A DNA stretch of 64,000 nt. Source: a virus. Its lineage: Duplodnaviria > Caudoviricetes. Where the stretch lies: the IMG/VR virus record IMGVR_UViG_3300028886_000036, positions 96,001 to 160,000 of that record; one strand, written 5' to 3'. The notes beneath the pieces are model-generated. The model saw nothing but the letters and a program-made list of their open reading frames with translations, searched no databases and was not told the DNA's origin. Positions 49,049 through 57,476 of the stretch are shown in pieces. The position numbers and the translations under genes are program-made. How positions within the stretch are numbered: position 1 is the first letter of the stretch; the number at the start of each line of letters is the position of its first letter.

Positions 49049-50543
49049 TTAATTTAACATTTTTACAATCAACAAATTTATCTTTATATTGCTCGACTTT
49101 TGATCCACCGGCGAGACCTATAATAATCTGATGGTTTTTAGATAGTTCTCTAATAGTATCAAAATCACGCTCTGGAGTATACAAATCTGTCAAGAAAACG
49201 ATAAGATTAGTTCTGCCTTTTTCAGCAGTCATAATCATTCCTTCTGACAAATCAGTTCCTCCGCCACTAGGAATTTCAAGCGACCTCAATTTACTGGTAG
49301 TAATGTTCTTATAGTCCTGCACAAAATCAGTATCCCACAAGAGCATATACTTTACTTTACCAATAAAGGAACAAATTTTCGAGATATTTCTAATAGCGTT
49401 AACGATATCATCTGACATAGACCCAGATACATCAACCATAACAGAAACATCTTGATAAGCATCCCTTCTACTGCCAGGGCAAATCTCACCAAATCTTCTG
49501 TTAGGTCTAATCCAAGTCCTCTGACGATAGGCGGTCTTATTACAGACTCCACCTGTAAACTTACCAATAATCCTTTCCCATTCAGACTTAAGCTTCTGAG
49601 GTTTTGGAAGTTTTAGCTTAATTATCTTATTGAGCTGGTGATTGTTGCCAAACATCTTTGCAGAAGATTCTCCAACAGCTTTTTCAAAATCTTGAAGAAC
49701 CTTATTAACTGCATTATCAATTTGTTCACTATCACCAATACTAGGATTCATCCCAGTGTTGTTAGGATCACTATCAGGATTATTTCCATTCTCAACAGTA
49801 GTTGCTGATGAATTACTATTACCCTGACCATCTCCAGCACTACCGATCCCAATACTAGGCGGATCTTTAATATTTGCCTCCATCCATTTATACAGATCTT
49901 GCCAAATATTATGATCAGCTTTCTTTAGGAAACCACTAATATATTTTCCAATATCTGCAGAGTCCTCAATTTCTGGAATTTCGTTATCTTCCGGTTCTTC
50001 AGGTTCTTCAGGTTGAGGATTAGCAGCGGCTTTCTCTGCAGCTTCCCTGAGCTTTTTAGCAATTTCAGACAGTCGCTTCAGAATTTCTTCCTTTGAATTA
50101 TGCTGATTTTGTTCTTCAACATATTCAGTAACTGTCATACTATTATACTTCATAAACTCTGGGAAGGTAAACAAATATGAATTAATCTGGGCATCCATTG
50201 CAACATTCTTAAGTTCATGATTAGGATATTTCTTTCCTGTATAGCTCATATGCCTGAAGATAATATGACAAGCTTCATGACTAAGCAGAAAAGAAAGATA
50301 ATTTATCCTATCATCAAAGTCTTTAACTTTACTTACAATATCTTCATTAAAGTAAATCGCAAGGTAATTGTTGACCCAACGAACATATGCGATACTTCCT
50401 TTCATATATTCGTTGGGTCTAGCAAATACGGGAATCCTTGCGAGGACATAATAGATAAAGAGTTTGAAATAGTCAGTTTTAAAACTAGTAACAGCTCTAT
50501 CTCTAATCCTACGGATTGCTTCGTCTGCTAGACCCAGATTCAT
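49008..50543 (-). CDS. DUF2201-type metallopeptidase-vWA protein
   Basis: HEACH...H, NVAMD-x-x-IN; MIDAS DVSGS, GGGTD, LTD. Confidence 0.85.
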   Translation of the reverse strand: MNLGLADEAIRRIRDRAVTSFKTDYFKLFIYYVLARIPVFARPNEYMKGSIAYVRWVNNYLAIYFNEDIVSKVKDFDDRINYLSFLLSHEACHIIFRHMSYTGKKYPNHELKNVAMDAQINSYLFTFPEFMKYNSMTVTEYVEEQNQHNSKEEILKRLSEIAKKLREAAEKAAANPQPEEPEEPEDNEIPEIEDSADIGKYISGFLKKADHNIWQDLYKWMEANIKDPPSIGIGSAGDGQGNSNSSATTVENGNNPDSDPNNTGMNPSIGDSEQIDNAVNKVLQDFEKAVGESSAKMFGNNHQLNKIIKLKLPKPQKLKSEWERIIGKFTGGVCNKTAYRQRTWIRPNRRFGEICPGSRRDAYQDVSVMVDVSGSMSDDIVNAIRNISKICSFIGKVKYMLLWDTDFVQDYKNITTSKLRSLEIPSGGGTDLSEGMIMTAEKGRTNLIVFLTDLYTPERDFDTIRELSKNHQIIIGLAGGSKVEQYKDKFVDCKNVKLIELENPDVSDDEN

Positions 50544-50558
50544 TCTATCTTCTCCTAC

Positions 50559-51266
50559 TTACTTCTTAAAGTTCTTAGGGAATTTGTACTTATCAGCTTG
50601 CTCAAAATCAAATGTCTTGATGATATCAAAGTTATCATCGTAAACATCGATCTGAGGAGAACCATTCTCCATATTCATCTTAGCTGCGAAAGTATAGAAG
50701 AAGATATGTTCCTCACCCTGAGGATCGGTTTCAATAACACAATTACTATACTCAACAAAGTTAAACGGATATTCAGAACTATGCTTGTTCATAATATTTC
50801 TTGTAAACTTCCAGGCTTCTTTCAGAAGATGGACAAGACAACGACTATCATGAACAACCTGAATATCGTTAATCATTTCATCCTGAAGCATACGATTAAC
50901 GAAATCCAATTCATACGACTTATCTTCACAATAACAGATAACATTAGCGTCTCTGATAACATCCTGAACATCAGAGAAGCAATGATAGAATTCATCCCTG
51001 AACTCTTTATTCTCCTCTGTTTCAGTAAACAAGTTGTCACAGATACGAGTCATCTTAGCAGAACTTGAGACAGGATTACTCACCAACGCAAAGAAGTGCG
51101 CGTTGGGAATCAAATGAGTATATACTGCCTTTACAATTTTATCAAGATTACCGAGGCCGGACTTATTAGCAGGAAGAGCATTATTAAAATCATCAATAAA
51201 CTTATCATCAATAACCATAATTCCAGCATAACCAGGCATAAGAATACCACGATAATTGTACGTCAT
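50559..51266 (-). CDS. Hypothetical protein between AAA+ and vWA genes
   Basis: ATG 51266 after GAGGAGG RBS. Confidence 0.75.
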   Translation of the reverse strand: MTYNYRGILMPGYAGIMVIDDKFIDDFNNALPANKSGLGNLDKIVKAVYTHLIPNAHFFALVSNPVSSSAKMTRICDNLFTETEENKEFRDEFYHCFSDVQDVIRDANVICYCEDKSYELDFVNRMLQDEMINDIQVVHDSRCLVHLLKEAWKFTRNIMNKHSSEYPFNFVEYSNCVIETDPQGEEHIFFYTFAAKMNMENGSPQIDVYDDNFDIIKTFDFEQADKYKFPKNFKK

Positions 51267-51267
51267 A

Positions 51268-52374
51268 CTAGTTGTCCTCCTCTTCGTCATTGGACGCATT
51301 CATAGCAGCTTCTGCAGCAGCAGCACGTTCTTTGTGATTCTGCTTATATACCTTCCTAATATTATTAAGCCTCTCAATATACTGATAGAAATTAGCATCA
51401 TCACTATTAATCTTCACCTTAGTAAGAACTTCTTTAGTATGCTCAGGGAAGATATTCATATAATTCTCAACCCACTGGAACATACTATCCAATTCTTCAT
51501 TAGACAAAGATTCAGCGTTGCTCATAGCATTAAGAATATCTGCTTTTCTCTTAAGTACATTACTAATATCCATATCTTTCTTAAACAGATCAATCAGATT
51601 ACTAAGACCTTCATCACTTTCAAGGCTAACAATAATTTCATCAGTGTGTTTTGCAACATACTCCTTTCCAATAATACCAGAGCACGCAAGCAAAACTACA
51701 TCTTTATCAAAATATCCATGATGAGTTTTGTTATACTCTTTAGCTACCAAGATCATATCGATCATTTTAGTAAATGATCTTGCACACGCAGGCTGAGGGA
51801 ATTCAAGCTGCTTATTGGTCTTAACCAGCTCTTCTTCCATACTGTTAATAAGATGCGGAACATTTCTTCCAGTATTTTTCAGCCAACCCTTCCACGCATT
51901 AAGATCATTACCAAGCTGGATCTTGCACATACGAGAACTTACTGCCAAGTCCTCATAGCTAGATACCAAGTCATAATCTGACGTATCGGGATTACTGGCG
52001 GTCATGCACCAACAATCTTCAGGAAGTTTGTGCTCGTGCAATACGCCATTCAAAAGCATAGGCATCAATGCATTAATTACAGACTTATCAGTTCTATTAA
52101 TTTCATCAACAAACAACAATGTATTAGGTTCAGTAGGAAACCATGCTGGCCTGGACCAGTGCATTTCATCCTCAACACGATACGGAATGCCAATAAGGTC
52201 CTCTACTGACTGAAGAGCTGCATTAATAGTTACTAACTTCTTTCCATGTTCCTTGGCAATCTCTTCAGCCATAGCGCTTTTACCACAACCTGTAGTGCCA
52301 ACTACTTCAGCAGTGGTTCCAGCCATAAGACACAGCACAACAGCTTTTTTCACATTCTCACGAGTTTCAATCAT
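51268..52374 (-). CDS. MoxR-like AAA+ ATPase
   Basis: GTTGCGKS, DLIG-x-P, LLFVDEINR, TASNP, SR. Confidence 0.9.
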   Translation of the reverse strand: MIETRENVKKAVVLCLMAGTTAEVVGTTGCGKSAMAEEIAKEHGKKLVTINAALQSVEDLIGIPYRVEDEMHWSRPAWFPTEPNTLLFVDEINRTDKSVINALMPMLLNGVLHEHKLPEDCWCMTASNPDTSDYDLVSSYEDLAVSSRMCKIQLGNDLNAWKGWLKNTGRNVPHLINSMEEELVKTNKQLEFPQPACARSFTKMIDMILVAKEYNKTHHGYFDKDVVLLACSGIIGKEYVAKHTDEIIVSLESDEGLSNLIDLFKKDMDISNVLKRKADILNAMSNAESLSNEELDSMFQWVENYMNIFPEHTKEVLTKVKINSDDANFYQYIERLNNIRKVYKQNHKERAAAAEAAMNASNDEEEDN

Positions 52375-52509
52375 TTGTTAGTTTCCTCCATCAGGAATAC
52401 GTTATTAAATAAATATTAAATTAAGCAACTTAATTAAATACTTAACCTCCCTTTCTGAACTTAATAACTCCGGAACACTTATAGTATATATATACAAATT
52501 TTTAGATAA

Positions 52510-52551
52510 AATAAAGGCCTAGATAACTTTTATGCTATCTAGGCCTTTATT
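52510..52551 (-). terminator. Intrinsic terminator
   Basis: AATAAAGGCCTAGATA...TATCTAGGCCTTTATT. Confidence 0.8.
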
Positions 52552-52554
52552 CAG

Positions 52555-53394
52555 TTAATTAAACATCTTGTCGATTTGATCGATATCAGCTTCGTCAAAA
52601 CCAGTATCTGGGATAGGATAATCATCTTCTGGCATAGGAGCAGAAGGTTTCTTATACTGCCTATATGATCTTGGCTGAGGCATGTCATCGGGTGGAATAA
52701 ATTTAGTTTCACGATATCCCTTATCCTCATAAGAAACATTAGAAGGAGTATAGCTATTACTGCTACCTCCGCTATTATACTTGAAGGTTTGAACATCATC
52801 AAGTACAAGCTGCTCCATAGCAATTTCACAGCATTTACAGAACATTCTAGTAGTGTTTTCATTCATAAACATAGTGAGCTTCTTATCATCTTTATTAATA
52901 GTAATGCCACAACCCATTGGATCATAACTATTCTTATAGAACTGCAGTGTAGAAGTCTTATCTTTAAATTTATGGAAAAGCTTTTCACTATAAACCTTTG
53001 GACTACCATTAGACTCAGTTTCAAATACGGGTCTACCATCTTTTTCGACAGGTCTACCAGTAGTCTTATCATACATAGGAACTTTAGTACCAAGTCTACG
53101 CAAATAATAGCTATCAGTATACTTACTAAACATTGCAAGTTCATCAGCACTAAGAGACATCATAACCTTCTCATTAGCCCAATCGCATTTAGTTTTAACT
53201 CCACCAAATGAATTAGTCTCTTGAACTCCGGGACACATCTCAATAGCGCAAGACATGTCATGACTACCATCCTTATAATATGTAGTATTCAAATTAAGCT
53301 GAAAGCCAGTATTCTTAGAATAGGTCTCCATAAGAGTTCTCTTCTCACCACGGTCGCGAACCTTCTCAGCCCTCTTGATAAACGAATCACTCAT
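52555..53394 (-). CDS. Putative ssDNA-binding protein
   Basis: Beta-rich body, flexible linker, acidic/aromatic C-terminus (FDEADIDQIDKMFN); ATG 53394 after AAGGAGG. Confidence 0.4.
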   Translation of the reverse strand: MSDSFIKRAEKVRDRGEKRTLMETYSKNTGFQLNLNTTYYKDGSHDMSCAIEMCPGVQETNSFGGVKTKCDWANEKVMMSLSADELAMFSKYTDSYYLRRLGTKVPMYDKTTGRPVEKDGRPVFETESNGSPKVYSEKLFHKFKDKTSTLQFYKNSYDPMGCGITINKDDKKLTMFMNENTTRMFCKCCEIAMEQLVLDDVQTFKYNSGGSSNSYTPSNVSYEDKGYRETKFIPPDDMPQPRSYRQYKKPSAPMPEDDYPIPDTGFDEADIDQIDKMFN

Positions 53395-53782
53395 CTTCGT
53401 CTTCCTCCTTATTATTTTGTTTCTGATCCAATGCATCTGCTACATCATTAACAATATTATCCATAATATTAAACACACCAGTCATTATGAATACAAATAT
53501 AGACACCCCTATCATCAAAGAACTATACTTAATACCTATATTAAAACCTAACTCTCTAAACAAATATACAGTAAAAGGATATTCACTAAACAATATCCCA
53601 AATACAAACTTATTAATAGTTGTCATTGGTGCATTCCAAAAAACATTTACAAGTACGCCAATCAAAGTTATTTTAGATAAAAATAGTCCTGCAGCTTGAA
53701 CTGATTGAAATGCTATGGCTTCATCTAATAATGATTCTAGTTCTTCTTTAGTGTATCTTTTAAAATAATTATAACCAAACAT
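53387..53782 (-). CDS. Membrane protein
   Basis: 2-3 hydrophobic segments. Confidence 0.65.
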   Translation of the reverse strand: MFGYNYFKRYTKEELESLLDEAIAFQSVQAAGLFLSKITLIGVLVNVFWNAPMTTINKFVFGILFSEYPFTVYLFRELGFNIGIKYSSLMIGVSIFVFIMTGVFNIMDNIVNDVADALDQKQNNKEEDEDE

Positions 53783-54105
53783 TACTTAACTTTTTTATAT
53801 TCCTTATACATTGCGTTAAGAAATGCTTCTGAGATAATTCCAAAAACTGCAAGCCAAATAGTAGTTGTGCTAATACTAAAGTTAAAAGGAACTCCAATGT
53901 ACTTCATCAAGTTTATACCAATAGGAAGCCAATTGCTAGACATAAACAAAATGTATATACACAAATTCTTAAATGTAGCAGCAATTCCACTAGCTACAAA
54001 AATATCTTGCCATAAATTATACATCATAAAAATCTTAATAGACAATGCAGTTATAGCGCATATAGATGCACCATAAAGATTAGCTTCTTTGTTAAAATTC
54101 GACAT
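53782..54105 (-). CDS. Membrane protein
   Basis: About 3 hydrophobic segments. Confidence 0.65.
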   Translation of the reverse strand: MSNFNKEANLYGASICAITALSIKIFMMYNLWQDIFVASGIAATFKNLCIYILFMSSNWLPIGINLMKYIGVPFNFSISTTTIWLAVFGIISEAFLNAMYKEYKKVK

Positions 54106-57055
54106 CCAAACCAGCTCCGTTCATAGTAGTTTTAAATGTATCTTTAGTAATGGTATCAAGTGACAAGGGTTGATATGCTTCACTAATACCATCATAAAGA
54201 TATTCCCATAGTCTTACTCTTTCTTTGGGATTGTCAGATTTAATGCTCATGAACTCTTTTTGAGTATCAAATGCTTCATATGCTTGTAAAGCCCAGTTTT
54301 CCATCTCTCCGAGCCTATGCGAATTAGCTCCAGATGGAGGTTGATTATGTTTTCCATATGCGCCAAGGGATCTTCCAAATATCTTATGGTCAGGTTCATG
54401 GTGTAAGTGTAACATGTACATCCAACCAACAGAGCACTTGTACGTATTGTTATTATACACTACATCAGTTTCATAGTCAATCCCTACTAAGTTTTTAACC
54501 TGTTCAAGCTGATCAATATTACAACACCTAAATGGTTCTTGAATAATCTGTAATCCATGTTCTTTTATATCTTCTATAGTATCATCAAATTGAATTAATT
54601 CTTCAAGTTGTTTAGTGTATATCTTATCTTCAGTACAATCCACTATCTCAGCGAATTTAAGAATTGCTTCAATAAACTGCTCTTTAGTATCATTATAATG
54701 CTGTTTGATATACTGATCCATAAACCAAGTTAAATGCAGCTCATAAAGTTGTCCGACATTCATTCTAGTGATAACACCTAATGGATTAAGTACAACATCA
54801 AGATGTCTACCATCAGGCAGTGTTGGCATCTTTTCGTCTGGCATAATAATAGAAATAGTTCCTTTATTACCATGCCTATTACTGATTTTAGATCCAACAG
54901 TTAAAGGTCTTTCACTATAGATAGAATACTCAACAACGCCAGTGTCATCATTGATCTTTTTAGTTTTATCAAGATAGCAATACATTTCAGTATATTTTTG
55001 TTCATCTTCAAGATAAGAGAAAACGTTCTTCATCTTATCTTCAAGCTTTTGTCTTTCAGATACTTGCTTTTTTAACCAAGCACTCATTTGAGTATTTTCT
55101 GACACAGAGTTTTTAACATAGACTTTAGATGTAAACCTACCATCACTATATGCCAATACTTCTTCAACAGTTGGAGTTAATCCAGCTAATGATTCTGTAT
55201 CAACATTACCTAATTTAAAGATTACATCACCTTTATGAACAAAGTCTCCATTATTAGGAAATGGCATATACTCGCTAGAATCTGGTTTTATGTTAAACAA
55301 GCAGTCATTATTTAAATTAATCTTAGCAATATGATTGCATCTGTATGCCATCTTTTTAGCACAAGATTCAGATACAACAATTGCATCCTCGAAATTCCAT
55401 CCATCCAAGGACATAAACCCAACTAAAAGATTCTTACCTAACATTAATTCGTGTGTATAAGGATTAATGTTATTAGTGTGTGCCAATGTACTTCCTTTAC
55501 AGAACTTATCACCATCATTAAGACTAGTTAATAATGTTTTATCAAAATCTGTAAATGCTTTATTACTTAAGTCAATTACTTCTCCATCTAAGTCATTATA
55601 CTTAACTACCATTAAGCTGTCATCTTTATAGATAACCTGACCATCATCTTTAGCTAATTTTAATGAGGAAGTATACTCTGTATATAATGACTCATTTCCA
55701 GTCTTAACTAAAGGAATTTCAGGGTTAGCTATATTTATTGCCTGTCTTTGCTGATTACAACCCATTTCAACTCTAATACCATCGTTATGACAAAGTAATG
55801 GAATCATTTGAGAAGCAGTACTTAATATACTATTAGATTTACTTGGCTTAAGTATTCCATTTTCAAAACCGCAATCCGGTACCAGATGTTGACATATTCC
55901 AATAGCAGGGCCAGATGGAGAATCTATAGGATCAATAATTCCTCTATAAGATTCGTGCAAATTTCTTACTAATGCACTACACGATTCTTTAGCAATTCCA
56001 CCAGGACCATTGTATATAATTCTTGACATCATACACAATTCTCCTAAAGGATTAACCGAATCATCAAGGATTCTACGCTGATCCAAAGTTAAGACCCCAA
56101 TTATAGCATCGGTAAAAACATTATTACTCTTTTTCTTTTTATTGATTTTGTGTTGCTGAGCAAGTTTATAACAAATCCATTCTGAAAGTCTAGCTCGTCT
56201 TTGGCTAATATCATTAATCTCTCTAATTGGCATATTCTGATATTCTAATCTATGTTCATAAAGATACTTTATCATATCTTTCATAGAATAGGGATTATCA
56301 AAAATTCCATTTGGAACCATAATATAATCAATAAGATCTAATACATTAAGTATCTTATCAAGTTTAGAAGCTTTATTCCAAGACTTTAATACTCTTTTGA
56401 ATGCTTCACCATCTTCTAAGCTATATTTAGATTGGCTTTCTTCAAAAGACTTACATCTTTCAACATCATTAAATGGGTCAAGAAGATCTTTGAAATAATC
56501 CTTCTCAAAATTAATATAAATACATTTTTCAACTTGTAATGATAAACATCCATCCATTGGTTCAGAGCTATAATGAATATGTGGCTCATTTTGAATAAAC
56601 TCATCACCAAAACAGTATATCATTAAAAGAAGTAATGGCCACTTATTAGTACTAATCCTAAACTCAGTTATTTGTTTGTCGAATACAAGAGTACAATAAG
56701 TGTTGTGTATAAGTAGAGTGTTTTCATTCTTATTAAATATTGGTATATCCGATATCTGAAATATTGGAATATACCTATTACCATTGATAAGATACGATCC
56801 ATTCTCATATAAAGGGATCTTTACACTAACTTTTTTCTTAGATCCATCTTCAACTACACCAACTTGTTCTGCAGTAAGTATTCTACACAGAGTTTGAGCT
56901 GTTGGATCTACTACATCCACTTTCCCGTGTTTAAATAAAGAAAAGCCTGTGGAGGCTAATATATTTTTAGTAATAGTCTCCACATTATCTATCTGCTGTT
57001 GTCGTATTTCGTAGATGTTGTCTTTAGGTGTTTCAAATGGGATAATGCTATACAA
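54092..57055 (-). CDS. rpoB: Phage-encoded RNA polymerase beta subunit
   Basis: GPGG, NQQRQA, GKNLLV, GWNFEDA, GSKISNRHGNKG, NPLGV-x-x-RMNVGQ, RLGEME. Confidence 0.95.
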   Translation of the reverse strand: MYSIIPFETPKDNIYEIRQQQIDNVETITKNILASTGFSLFKHGKVDVVDPTAQTLCRILTAEQVGVVEDGSKKKVSVKIPLYENGSYLINGNRYIPIFQISDIPIFNKNENTLLIHNTYCTLVFDKQITEFRISTNKWPLLLLMIYCFGDEFIQNEPHIHYSSEPMDGCLSLQVEKCIYINFEKDYFKDLLDPFNDVERCKSFEESQSKYSLEDGEAFKRVLKSWNKASKLDKILNVLDLIDYIMVPNGIFDNPYSMKDMIKYLYEHRLEYQNMPIREINDISQRRARLSEWICYKLAQQHKINKKKKSNNVFTDAIIGVLTLDQRRILDDSVNPLGELCMMSRIIYNGPGGIAKESCSALVRNLHESYRGIIDPIDSPSGPAIGICQHLVPDCGFENGILKPSKSNSILSTASQMIPLLCHNDGIRVEMGCNQQRQAINIANPEIPLVKTGNESLYTEYTSSLKLAKDDGQVIYKDDSLMVVKYNDLDGEVIDLSNKAFTDFDKTLLTSLNDGDKFCKGSTLAHTNNINPYTHELMLGKNLLVGFMSLDGWNFEDAIVVSESCAKKMAYRCNHIAKINLNNDCLFNIKPDSSEYMPFPNNGDFVHKGDVIFKLGNVDTESLAGLTPTVEEVLAYSDGRFTSKVYVKNSVSENTQMSAWLKKQVSERQKLEDKMKNVFSYLEDEQKYTEMYCYLDKTKKINDDTGVVEYSIYSERPLTVGSKISNRHGNKGTISIIMPDEKMPTLPDGRHLDVVLNPLGVITRMNVGQLYELHLTWFMDQYIKQHYNDTKEQFIEAILKFAEIVDCTEDKIYTKQLEELIQFDDTIEDIKEHGLQIIQEPFRCCNIDQLEQVKNLVGIDYETDVVYNNNTYKCSVGWMYMLHLHHEPDHKIFGRSLGAYGKHNQPPSGANSHRLGEMENWALQAYEAFDTQKEFMSIKSDNPKERVRLWEYLYDGISEAYQPLSLDTITKDTFKTTMNGAGLDVEF

Positions 57056-57058
57056 AGC

Positions 57059-57460
57059 TTATTCCCCCTTATCTTCAGGCTCCTTTAAATCTTTTTCTTC
57101 AATAGGGAAGTCTGCAATAATGCTTTCATTAAAGGTATCAATTTCCTTAATGTTTAAAAGTGAGATCTCAGTAAAAGTATCTTTATACTGTGAGTTATGA
57201 AGTATCATATTAATCTTTGCAGTAAGCCACATTGTAAAGCTCTTACCCAGTACTTTATCATAAATATCTCCGAGCTTATTTTTGAATTCTTCTTTCTCAA
57301 TATACTCGGTAATATTAAAATTAAGCATAGTACTTCCACAACCCTTTGGCTTAATCTTTGGGTTGAAGTTAACAATTACACCAAGTCTACGTTTAGTAGC
57401 ATCACTTAATGTAATAACAACATCACATACTAACAATGTATCCATTTTGTGTACTGGCAT
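57059..57460 (-). CDS. Hypothetical protein between beta' and beta genes
   Basis: 133 aa, AAAGGA RBS. Confidence 0.7.
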   Translation of the reverse strand: MPVHKMDTLLVCDVVITLSDATKRRLGVIVNFNPKIKPKGCGSTMLNFNITEYIEKEEFKNKLGDIYDKVLGKSFTMWLTAKINMILHNSQYKDTFTEISLLNIKEIDTFNESIIADFPIEEKDLKEPEDKGE

Positions 57461-57476
57461 ATTTAATCATCCTTTC

